The notes beneath the pieces were generated by a model. It was not told the origin of the DNA. It worked only from the letters and a program-made list of their open reading frames with translations, and did no database searches. A stretch of DNA of 64,000 nucleotides from Nemertoderma westbladi (lineage: Eukaryota > Animalia > Xenacoelomorpha). Made by a program: the position numbers and the translations under genes. Below, one piece after another: positions 38,180 to 49,500 of the stretch. The stretch spans positions 1 to 64,000 of the forward strand of contig JAUCBJ010006642.1 of NCBI GenBank assembly GCA_032718475.1. Direction: 5' to 3'. How positions within the stretch are numbered: position 1 is the first letter of the stretch; every line of letters starts with the position of its first letter.

Positions 38180-38332
38180 AACTAGAAAGCCAGCAAGCTG
38201 GCTGGAAGGAGCCCGGGGGAAGAATCATAGCCAAGACTATTACAAAGAACTATGTCAGTCAGCAGTAAGTAAACTAAACAATTGTCTAAACTGAAAGGCA
38301 TGAGGCTAGCTGACTTTGTGGCTCGCCCCACA
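38180..38332 (-). mobile_element. Short non-autonomous Helentron-like element
   Basis: 5' TGTGGGGCGAGCCACAAAGT; 3' hairpin AGCCAGC-TT-GCTGGCT followed by TTCTAGTT. Confidence 0.65.
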
Positions 38333-38627
38333 AAATAAAAAATGAAACTTTGCTACCACTAACAAAAATATGATATGAAGCAAATAATTTCATTATCAAG
38401 CACGTTTACAAGATATAAGATACGATTACCGAATATTTATAAAAAATGCCCATGATGTACAACCAGATAAATAACAACGAATAGAGCCAAATAATAAATT
38501 TAGTTTCCTTCTATAGGTAGTACCCCGTCGTCAAGCGGAATATCTCTTCCAAGTGAGTCCTATGTGAAGTGAATATATAATATAGGTACTCCTGCTAAGT
38601 TAGGCGGTAGGCCAGCGGGCTCCTTAA

Positions 38628-39339
38628 GGGGGGGGTACACCATTTTGGTCAAAAATATGTCGAAATTTTTTTTATCGTCTGTTATAATGCACCATTGAAT
38701 GGAGTTTCCAAATCTGAAAACCGCTATTTAATAGCTCTTTTAGTTTTCAAGTTATAACAATTTCCATTTAGGGATTCCTATAGAAATTACTATTACTATG
38801 TATAATGAAAGGTCGATTATCTCCAAATATTTTTTCCATGAAATTGTCAACTTCAAAACCCTACTACTTCTACAATTTTTGAGTAATTAGTCTGAAACTT
38901 TCTGTGGGTGTCTACATAGCCACCCTGCATAAAAGTATCAGACAACTTTTCGAAATTATTTGTTAATAAAATTTAATACTATTTATAACAAACCTAAAAA
39001 TTTAGCCTAAATTTGCAGCGCCACCTAGCGGTGCAGAATTATTTTCACAAAATTTCGCCTGATAGTTATGTTGCCCCACCTTTGTTCTATCATATAAGAA
39101 AACTTTCATGTGATTAGGTTCAAAACTGTAAAAGCCTTAGGGTTTTAAGCGCAACCAAGTTTTTTTTATTGTTAACTAGTATTAACTAATATTAAAAAGC
39201 GAAAAAAAAAAATTTTCTGACCTGTCATGTAGAATAGCATCTTACGCACCTATATTCCAAATTATAGCCAAAACCAAACAATTTTGAAACGCTGAGAGTG
39301 ATAAATCGAAGAGTTGTCCGAAAATGGTGTACCCCCCCC
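38628..39339. mobile_element. MITE with TTAA target duplication (Kolobok-like)
   Basis: TTAA|GGGGGGGGTACACCATTTT ... AAAATGGTGTACCCCCCCC|TTAA. Purine-starting TIRs with a TTAA target site fit Kolobok rather than piggyBac. Confidence 0.85.
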
Positions 39340-39723
39340 TTAAATACATACAAGGTCAACTTATAGGTCAATTATAGGTCAACTATAAAACATTTTGCAA
39401 TCCACAGTGAGTAACAACGACAATAGGACACAACACACAGCTTTGTGTAACTAAAATTCATTCTCCTGATCCACCACCTAACATAGCAGAGTGAGTACCC
39501 TTATCGTAGATCTACCCTTAGGAAGCACTGGGAGAGCAATCAGCTTATGGGGTAATACATTAGAAACCAACAGCTTATGTGTGAGTAAACATTGCCTTTC
39601 CTAATAGCCTAATAGTAAAATTTGGCAACCAACACGTTTTACTCCGACTGTGTATAATTCTGACATATATATAAGCCATATTTCATCGTGAACACCAGCT
39701 GTTATTTTACCATGACACCGAAA

Positions 39724-40300
39724 ATGGCGCTGCGAGTAGTTTAGTTAATCTACGCATTCACTTTTTATTTTTTCATAATCAAAAAAGCGGGACCTCTCCA
39801 CAAACCTTGTAGGAGTATACACAGTAAATTTAAAACCAACAATGGCACAAAAGTTCGATCCCGATGCTCTTAAAAATGCCAAAGCTTCCTGAGCTGCTGT
39901 TTTTTGGTGGAACCAACAAGGCTAAAATCCGTTCCGAAACACAATTAAATAACCTTATGGCAGTTCCTGCCGAAAATCTCTAAAGTTTGGATTTTGACAT
40001 GCTAGCACGCATGCTCAATGGCTTTAAAGATGCGCTCTCCAAATATGTCGATCAGAACTATTTGGTAACAATAATTGAACAACCTACACCTGATGACTTG
40101 GATGTTGCACGCATTGATACATTTTCAAATGAGGTATTTTTCGTCAAGCCCGACCTTGAAAACCTAAGGTCGCACTATAATGCGACGCAAGGCTCTCAAA
40201 TTCCACATCCTACTGCTCCTGGTATTTTCCGAACCCCACTAATTGAATGCCACCCCAAATTAGATGATTTTAACATCAAAATAAATTATTTTGCATCAAA
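39724..40300 (+). mobile_element. LTR retrotransposon remnant: primer-binding site and degraded gag-like ORF
   Basis: TGGCGCTGCGAG at 39724 resembles a tRNA-Ser primer-binding site; an interrupted ORF runs from MAQKFDP (39842) through the 117-aa ORF at 39987-40340. Confidence 0.5.
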
Positions 40301-40504
40301 TAAATTTTTTGTAGCACCAATTCGCATCCCCCAATTTTGAATATCTAGACTAGTTCCAGCTAACCAATGAAATGTGATTGGTGATTGAATAAACTCAAAT
40401 TGAACTCATTTATTGCAGGATTTTGATGGTGATAGATGTAATATTAATTCTTTGTTGGTTTTTATCGATCATAAGATCTGGGGGGAGATGTATGAGCTAT
40501 TTTC

Positions 40505-40760
40505 TTCGGCCGCTAGGCCAGGGATTACACACAAAGTCTGACTACTTATTTATTTCCAGTGTCCCCAGAACTTTACTCCCCAGAGGAAATTCCAGTACTC
40601 AATTAGCTACCACTTAAGGATGCAAGGCAGAGGTGCGCCCTGGCTGGTCCCTTTAAAGCATTTGTGCCGAAACGAAAACTGCCCTGGTCCATGTAAGGAT
40701 CGAACCCTCGACCTACAGGAGATGTGAATTCAATGCAACCACTACACCAAGGTGGAACCT
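40505..40760 (-). mobile_element. tRNA-derived SINE
   Basis: Minus strand: A box TGGTGTAGTGG, B box GGTTCGATCC, followed by a SINE-like body. Confidence 0.7.
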
Positions 40761-41580
40761 AGTAGTTAAAGTACTAATATGGTTTATATTACATTATATT
40801 GCACTATTGCACATTCATATATATATACACAGTCTCAGCTGGAAAAATTACAGTTTTCAATATGTTCCTAAGAGATTGCAGTATCTGATCATCTGATATC
40901 TGATATCTGATGCAGTATTGTAGTTGTTGTAATACCCACAATGTTACTGTGAAAACTATAAAAATAACACTTTGAATGTTCTGGTATTTGTGAATAGGAT
41001 TGATGGAGGAATATGTTGAGTAGAGTGTTTCAAAAGATTGAAATTATATTATGTATAGAGATATACCGCTTTTTCATTGCTGACTTCAAAAAAATACAGC
41101 GTGTTCGCGAATATAAAAAATTTTGAAATTAACTTGCAAATTATACACCAGCAAAAATATATCCTTTAAATATTTTATTTCCTTTAAATATTTGATATCC
41201 TTTTGAAACCGGGAATGCATCCTTATCTGATATAGACGACGGCGAATTTTACAATAGAGCGGAATCTCACAGATACATAATCCATGAATAAAGGATGTCC
41301 GCCTTTCTGCTAAACAATCAGATTAATTGATTAATCAGGAATTTTATATTGAATTTTGTGCGTATGATTGACAGATTTGGGGAATTTAATTTCATCAAGT
41401 CCAACTTCAATACACAAAATGGAATCTAATTTATTAAATACTACCACGTTTGGAGGTCCTTTGTGCAATTCACAGAAGGACTGAATATGAATATCTTTAA
41501 ATATAATGTATGGATGATATAAATAAATTATAAAATATTGAGGTTCTTTAGCTGGTTATATTATTTTAAATAAAGATACA

Positions 41581-41620
41581 ATAGTAAACGTTTTCGACCT
41601 ACCGGTCTGCATCAGACTAT
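41581..41620 (-). ncRNA. Minimal type I hammerhead ribozyme motif (Penelope-type, variant core)
   Basis: ATAGT-CTGATGCA-GACC-GGTA-GGTC-GAAA-ACGT-TT-ACTAT: stems I and II pair, with a palindromic stem III. Confidence 0.6.
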
Positions 41621-41744
41621 GTCCTAGCAGAGTCTGATTACTGAACTCTACGCATTCATCCGTTCGTTTAAATATGATGGGTCTTACTTTGTCTTACTTA
41701 GAAATGCTTGTATCATGATATGACCCCTGGCATACCTATCTATA

Positions 41745-41908
41745 CTAATACTAATACTACTATCGGCATGCTGAATTGCAGCTGAATTTTAATATTACAT
41801 ATATATGTATTAATTAAGAGTTGCCGGCTTGTCAACACAACCCCGCAGCCACAACTCCATATCACCCATGATATTTGCTAGATCATCCGCATCATCAAGG
41901 CCAGTTTC
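41745..41908 (-). mobile_element. 5'-truncated RTE-like LINE 3' end
   Basis: Same tail and C-terminal sequence as the copies at 22601 and 42930. Confidence 0.7.
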
Positions 41909-42929
41909 CTGACAATATTCTGATCCTGGTTTATATATTTGCACTTACTCATTAAACTAAAAAAAGTTGGTTCCTGCAAAAAACAACTTGTGTTACTTTA
42001 CATAAAAGTATGCTAACTAGTTTTTATTTTTAGTATTACTCGTAGTTCGGCAACTGCATTGTTTTAGTTTGTTTGGTTAAGAAGTTTACATAGGCCAGTA
42101 TTGGTTGACTGAAGAAGGTACGTAATGTGTATCCCATTGCGCCTCATAATAGCCTCTCGTCAACAAGCCAACCCCACCGACTAGCGGCACTGGCTGTTTC
42201 CGCTGACGGGGGTCTGTCGAACAACGCGTCCTTGATGCAGTAGTGGCCCTCTTTTGAGTTTATATAAGGTGTTGGTATAAGACGTTAATTAATTAAATCG
42301 GCCAATGTAACTTATAAACAACATATGCTCTCAACAGAACCGCCAGAGAATTAATTTTAGATTAATAAAGTTTATCACGTATTCTCGCTTATTCTCAAAT
42401 CTGAGTGGCTAAACAATAGGGTGATAATCTCTGTTTATAACGAATTAACAGATAAAATGAATTAAAATGTATTTCACATCACTGTGAATTTATCCTTATA
42501 ACTTTTTCCAGAACTTGAGTAGTACTCTAGTGCGTTAAATGTTATTTGGGATATGGAAATTCATTAATCTTTGAATAATCATGAATAATATATATATACA
42601 GCGGATATTAAGCCGCAGATTTAACAATACAGTTGAAATATAGTTTCTCTTTAACTTGAGAGTTTATTCAAAATAGTACAATGAATGAGAGGATATGTAT
42701 TAATTATTCTTTGTTGAAAGAAAAGTTTGTGATATCCGTTAGGGTTTGTCTCTTTTTCAATAATCCTATTGATACCCTATTCATCCCCCAATATCAACTT
42801 ATGAAGCCAGTCTGCTGGTTGGCTAGTTTGAAGCATTCACAATGTTAGCTTGTGGCCTGCCTGCCTATCTATGCCTAGATATAGACTAAGAATTCACGAT
42901 TTCCATCCTCTCTCTGTGTATGATATCAA

Positions 42930-43192
42930 GTGCAGGACATTGCTTTCGCCGTGAGGACCAGCCAGTGCATAATCTTGCACTTTGGCAGCCTCATGGAGTG
43001 AATAAGCATGGTGGACAGCACATGACTTTCTGGAGACGCATCTTAAAGGACACTGGCCTTCAAGATGCGGATGATCTAGCAAATGTCATGGGTGATAGGG
43101 AGTTGTGGCAGTGCAATTTTGTCGATAAGCCGTCACAGCATTCTTAAAAATGCAGCTGCAATGCAGCATGCCGATCCTAGTAGTAGTAGTAG
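42930..43192 (+). mobile_element. 5'-truncated RTE-like LINE 3' end
   Basis: AGHCFRREDQPVHNLALWQPHG...DTGL...MGDRELW; tail gcagcatgccgatcctagtagtag. Confidence 0.8.
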
Positions 43193-43373
43193 GTTCGAAT
43201 GCGCGGGATATCATTAACAAAGGGCAAGGGGCGCAGAGGTTTGTAAATATTGGAAATAGCTAAAATCATGTAGCACCTATGTAATTTTGATTACACTTCT
43301 AGGAGCAAAATGGAAAAATTGTTTATAGAATGGTCTATGAAATATTTTACAATTTCGAATTTATCACCCATCA

Positions 43374-44001
43374 TATCGTCCCTTTCATTTTAAAACAACC
43401 TAAATGACAAAATTGACTTTTCCTGTAAAACAGCATTATTGATTCTACTTTTGTTTGCAAGTAATACTCCAGGATTTTGGTCTTATTTACTTTTAAATAC
43501 ATTAAATGTAACGATTTTAAACAAAAGTAGTTATGTTATTGGAATTATGTAGGAAACTATGTATAGGGATATACGTTGTTTCAAAAAAATTTATCACATT
43601 TTTTACAATGATTACTCAAAAGCATTAAAACCCTTAAGACAAATTCGATTATTAAGTTTTAAAAATGTAAATCAAATCTCCCCCTATCATAATAAACAAC
43701 AATTCTAGCTCCTGATTCGTTGTTTCCAATTTTATATCAATGTTTCCCGGGCTTACTCTATTTATAACAGTAAAATGTATTATATAGGTTGTTTTAAAAA
43801 AATTTCTTTATCATGGAGTCTATGCAAAACTGGCATATACAGTAGGTGGTTTTGAAACGATAAATATCTCAGTTATACGTGGGAGTATGGCCTTCTAAGT
43901 GTGTTAATCGGATTCAGAATACATTTTAACATAAAGAAATGCAGCAATCTCAATTTCGGCAAAAATGGCATACAGGTTGTTTCAAAATGAAAGGGACGAT
44001 A
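43374..44001. mobile_element. MITE with ~28-bp TIRs (possible TA target site)
   Basis: tatcgtccctttcattttaaaacaacct ... aggttgtttcaaaatgaaagggacgata. Confidence 0.8.
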
Positions 44002-44279
44002 AGTGAATTCGATGTTAGTTAAATAATTTGTGGTCAATTGAATGACAGTACTGATCCCTCCCCTTTACAACCCAAAAAGTGCAGTGTTCTCTGACTGGCT
44101 TCATTGGATATGATAGATAACAAAATGCTGCATTCTTCTTCTAAAAAATGCAGTCAACATTTCCTTATACGCCACTACTGAACTCTCACTCATGAGTACG
44201 GCAACGAATGCCAAAACTGAACCCCCCACATCAATGTACTGGTAGAAGGTTGGTCGGTAGCATACTACAAACCCAATAA

Positions 44280-44460
44280 ACCCTACACGTACAGTATTAG
44301 CTATCTGTTTACTGAATGTTAAATTGGAGTCAATAATAAATCCAATATTGCGAGCTTTGTCAGTGAATCCCACCATGTCATCACACACTTTCATCTCGTT
44401 GTGCTCCAGTTGGGTGCCGAATCGCGATTGTAACAGTAGGTCCTCGGTTTTATCGCCTCG
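44280..44460 (-). mobile_element. L2-like LINE RT fragment
   Basis: KTEDLLL...KARNIGFIIDSNLTFSKQIAN. Confidence 0.6.
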
Positions 44461-45525
44461 GTTGTCTGGTGTGTATACCATCAATGGTTGTGGTATCTTG
44501 TGCAGTAACAGACTAGGAGGGATTGCCAAATAGCAGCGCAGGCTCTACTGTAGCCAGTAATTTTCCTTCCGGATAAGTTGTGATTCCAGATGAATTCCAT
44601 ACCCTTAATAGTATATTTAATGAGGATTTAGTGCCTAAAAAGGAAGTGCTGATTATTACAATGAGACACCCACTATTCCACTCGAAAACACCCACACACA
44701 CAGCTGCACCCACTGCAGCAGATAATCAAGGTTACACTGAACCCACTAATAAACTTACTTATCGGCATTTATCGAAGAAAACCTAAATTCCGAAATCACA
44801 TGGCCAGTATGTGGATGTGAGAAACATTACATCGGCCTTATCGGCAAAGACGTGTCTTCAGGACAGGAGATCCAGCTATCCCGACATTGTTTGAGATAGT
44901 TGAATAAACTGCAATTTAACTTAGTTCTTATCTATGTAAGAACGTTGTTGTATGGCAGCGGTAGGTGTCTCCAGTAACATTTATTGAAATTAGTCTCTAC
45001 TCCTATCACTCATCTGTCAAGCATGATATTCTTATATTAGTGCGTAAGGTTATCGTTTTAATTGTTCTTCTTCCATTCGTGTTACTTCCAATTCCATTAT
45101 GAGACAAAATTTTATTTTATTTATTATATTATTTATATATATATATTTATATTAGATTATTTTTTTTATTTTATTATACAGTTTAATTTTTACGAGTAAT
45201 CAGCTGTTATTTGCGTCGATCTAAGTTAACACCATAGTGTTGTAATTAAAAGGTACGTAGGAGGTAACGGACAAATTAAATACAACATAAATATAATAAA
45301 ATGTTTGGCTGGTTATATCAAATTAATCAGGCAAAATAAAAAATTAATTACATGAGTAACAAGCGCAAAGGTCGGCCTCTACTAACGAATGAAATGCCTC
45401 TTTGACTGACTTACTATCAATCTTACAACAACAAAAAAACATTCACCGGAATAAGGGATTGAACTCGGTACCGTGCCGTATGGAGCTAAAACCAAGTGGT
45501 AATTAACAACAACAACACCAACAAC

Positions 45526-45846
45526 AGCGGAGTGAATACTAGAGGTCTCGCTATGCGGACCTACTAACGGAGTGAATACTAGAGGTCTCGCTACGTGGAC
45601 CTACTAACGGAGTGAATACTAGAGGTCTCGCTACGTGGACCTACTAACGGAGTGAATACTAGAGGTCTCGCTACGCGGACCTACTAACGGAGTGAATACT
45701 ACTAGAGGTCTCGCTACGTGGACCTACTAACGGAGTGAATACTATAGGTCTCGCTACGTGGACCTACTAACGGAGTGAATACTAGAGGTCTCGCTACGCG
45801 GACCTACTAACGGAGTGAATGCTAGAGGTCTCGCTACGCGGACCTA
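45526..45846 (-). repeat. 40-bp tandem array, 8 copies, each a hairpin plus CTAGT (Helitron-like 3' terminus)
   Basis: Minus-strand unit agtAGGTCCGCgtaGCGAGACCTCTAGTattcactccgtt; one unit is 43 bp. Confidence 0.9.
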
Positions 45847-46564
45847 AAAAGTTAAGGAGGACGAGTTAAAATAATAATTATTACAAAAGAAACACCGTAT
45901 GCATACAGTAAAATATTTGGAATAGTTCAAAGATAAAGTAAAAAAAAATAAAATATTTATGGTAGATAAAAACAAAATATTGTAAGTAAGTATGACAAAC
46001 AAAATATTATAAGAGTGACCATGATCAAAAACAAAATATTGTAGATAAAATCAAAATATTATAAGAATGTATGATGGATAAATATATGTAAAATAATTGA
46101 AATTGAAATTTTGAACCTTTTTATTAAATTATGATGATAGCTAGTAAAGTTAATGGTAGCTAATAAATAATAAAAGCAATTTACACAATAAAAAAATGGT
46201 CAAAAAAATTTTTTTTTCAAATTTTCAATTTTTATTATTTCACTAGCTAATATTTTATATTATATTATATTATATTTGAATAAATGACAACAATTATTTT
46301 TTGAATTTACAGACAAGATAAACAATCATATTAACCTAAAGTACTGTAATGACATTCCAACTGTTTATTTTCCTCTCATCAACTTCTTCCATCCAGCTGC
46401 AACATCGAATTGATTAGAATCGACTTTCCCACTCCTTTCTTCCCACACCCCTTCGATCTTCCTCTCTTTCCTTTCTTCTTCCCCTTTCCTCCACGATTCC
46501 TTGATCTACTCCCTTTACCTCGACGACTCTTTGATCTACTCCCTTTACCTCGGCGAGAATAACT

Positions 46565-49500
46565 CTATTCCACAGCGCTGATTGAACCCCGAACACAAAG
46601 GGCATTCCCCCTCACTATGGCTATCCCGATGCGTTGCTTCAGCCACAAGCTCTCGCGTGGGTCTCCTGACTCCGCTATGAGTCTTCGGCCAAGATCTTTT
46701 AACACGCTGATGGTGGATGGACCGAATACTCCTGTGGTCTCGAAGGCCAGGGGTTCGAATTGGTACTGCTGACCCAAATTGCGGTATTTCACGCGCTTTA
46801 GCTCCTCCGCTGCTGCTGATGCTGAGGATGGCTCAATGGCAGAGCGAATAATGTGGGATGGGGCAAAGGTATCCACACATGTAGCATCCCATACCAGGCA
46901 CCGGCCTTTCGAGAAGGGGTAGATGGTCATACCATCAGGACGTTTCCCATCTCCCCTGTCCAACCCAGTAGGTTCCAGGACAGATGGTAGACCAGCTCTG
47001 CTCAGTGAACGTTTCAGCACATCGTTGAGAGCTGCATGACGTGGGAACCTACCCATGCTGTTTCGGCAGGACAGTGCATGGTGCCCAAGAATATCCACTT
47101 CCTTGCCACACTTGCAGGTGTGTTTATGGCAGATAGGTGCACCAACTCTCTGTGCTATACCAATTCGAAGAGCTTCCCGATCCAAATTCGACCCTAAAGA
47201 TGGAATAGGGGTCGCATGAAGCCAAAGCCCACTCTCCACTTGCGCTGCTGCAGCCAGGCGTGCTGTTTCGACCTGATCCGCTTTGGCAAACAGGTCTCTC
47301 TGTGTTATAGTCGCAGAGATAGTGTCCCAGGCTTTCTGGTTATTCCTGGCTGCCCCACTGGGTTCCTCAACTGAAGAGAACTTCTCCCTCCATGCCTTGA
47401 CGGCTCCTGCCAAATCACACGATGGCTCCAGTCCAAATGTGTTAGAGAGGACGGAGTTAACGAGGATATCGGTGGAATGAAGAGAGGAAATATAACTAGG
47501 CAGTGCCAGATCTTCCAACTTACGGATCCCAAGTCCCCCGAGACTGACTGGTAGTGATCCCTGTGTAATGGATTTTGCCTGAAAGTTAACATTGGTGATA
47601 CTAGAAAGGGCATCTTGGACAACTGTATCAAATTCCTGCAAGTCACCAGTGTTGTTGAATGTGGGTGATGTGCGCAGAGTGTACTGTAGCCGGGGGACTG
47701 CCAGACAATTCTTGAGTAAGGTGAAGCCTTGATGTGCATCAACATGTACCAGCCGATCAACCATCACCTCGAGAGACTTGAGCTTTGATTGGATAGCTGG
47801 TTCAATAGCATCCCGTGTAAGGGGAGCTCCTAGAAGGACCTGGTCCACCTTGTTTAGGACCCTAATATTAGGGAGGAGCTGACTGAACTTGTGGATTGTC
47901 TCAGTAGCGGCTTCTGGTGTATGGTTGAGTAGTATCAATTCACACTTTGCATCGTTAACAATTAGACCAATCTTCGCTAGCTCTGGTATTATTGCCACGA
48001 CATCCGAAAGAACACTCTCTGTAGTACCACCTACCGTACCGTCGTCAAGATACCAGATATTCAGCTCTGAACCAACAAGTTTGGTGACAGGCTCCTCTCC
48101 CACCGCGAAGAGAAGAGGGCCACTAGGATCACCCTGTTGCATACCAGTGGCCGATTCGATGATGTGATCTCCGAAAATAAGGACTGTAGGTGTGGAATAA
48201 GCCTGCCACACAAGGGGGTAAATACTTGGCAAACGATCACGAGCTGCCTTCAGGAAAACATCACGACGCATACTGTTAAATGCATTCTTCATGTCGATTT
48301 TCAGTACCACCTTCTGTTCCTTAGTGCCATTGATATATTGCCGGGTCGCATGCACAGCTGCCTCACAACCACCCTTGGTTCCATAACCTAGCTGTGTGGG
48401 CCTTAGTTCAGCTCCAAGAACTTCTGAGAGGGGTTTAATGCCAGTTTTTGTCACCAAGCGCCTGAATGTATTGCCGACAGCAATTGGACGCAGACCTCCC
48501 CCCTTTTTGTTAAGGGCGCAGAGACAGGCCCCAAAGAAGATTGGCACAGCAAATTTAGGGGTTTCCCCACGGTGTGCTGTATTTGCGAGCCTAGTCAATT
48601 CACTGAGCAGCTTGTCACCAGCAGCTCCAGTTCCTCTGCTGACCATGTCACGGAGATGACCTGGGCGAAGGCCATCGGGGCCAGCAGCAGAAGAAAGGGG
48701 GAATGACTGGATACTGGCAAGGACGTCCTCCTTCGTAGTGATAACTGGACCTGCTAGTGTGTCATCTGGGGGTGGTGGGAGATCAAGATCAAGTGGGGCA
48801 GGTGGGTGCTTCTCCCTGAGGGCATTGATTGTATCTTCACTGTGGTCTGCAAAACCCTCCTGTGATGTGATAATCCTTACAGCGCCTCGGACATCGCCAT
48901 CCATGAACTTGGCTGAAACTCGCTTGCGAATGAGTTCTGCTTCATCTAGGTTTGATGGTTTGTGCTGCTGATGTGTAGTGTGCAGAGGAACACGCGGATT
49001 GGGAAGGCAGGGTGATGCCATATAGTCTCTTATTTGCTGCTTGACTTTTGATGTTAGTGAGGGTTGCAAATGGTCGTTTGTAGCTGGAATCGGCTTTGCT
49101 AACGCCCCAAACGAGAATGCTAGGAGCCGGGCCCAGGTTATTGGCACAGGGTTGTCAATTGCTTCTTTGAGCAAAGGGGCCAGTGCGTCTGCAGCCATGA
49201 TTCTAGCCCCTTTAGGAATCTTTGCCAACACAGGAATGGATTGCTTCAGCATGGCAATATAAGATGCAAGATTTTCCAAGTATTTACTATAGCTGGGGTC
49301 AACATCTGGTAGTATTGTCCGAGGTCGATCAAGGCAAGTTCCACAGAACCAGTGTGGTAGGGATTCTGAATCCTTCTTCCTGAGGCCGACACATGAGAGG
49401 TGATACCAAACTGAACAGTTAGCACAATGGACTATCTGCTTTCTCATGTTTCCTTCACTGCATGTGGGACAAACTAATTGCTCGTCTGACTGAGAATTCT

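Noticed and set aside
45526-45846. CRISPR array
   Set aside because: Units are contiguous with no unique spacers, there are no cas genes, and the context is eukaryotic.
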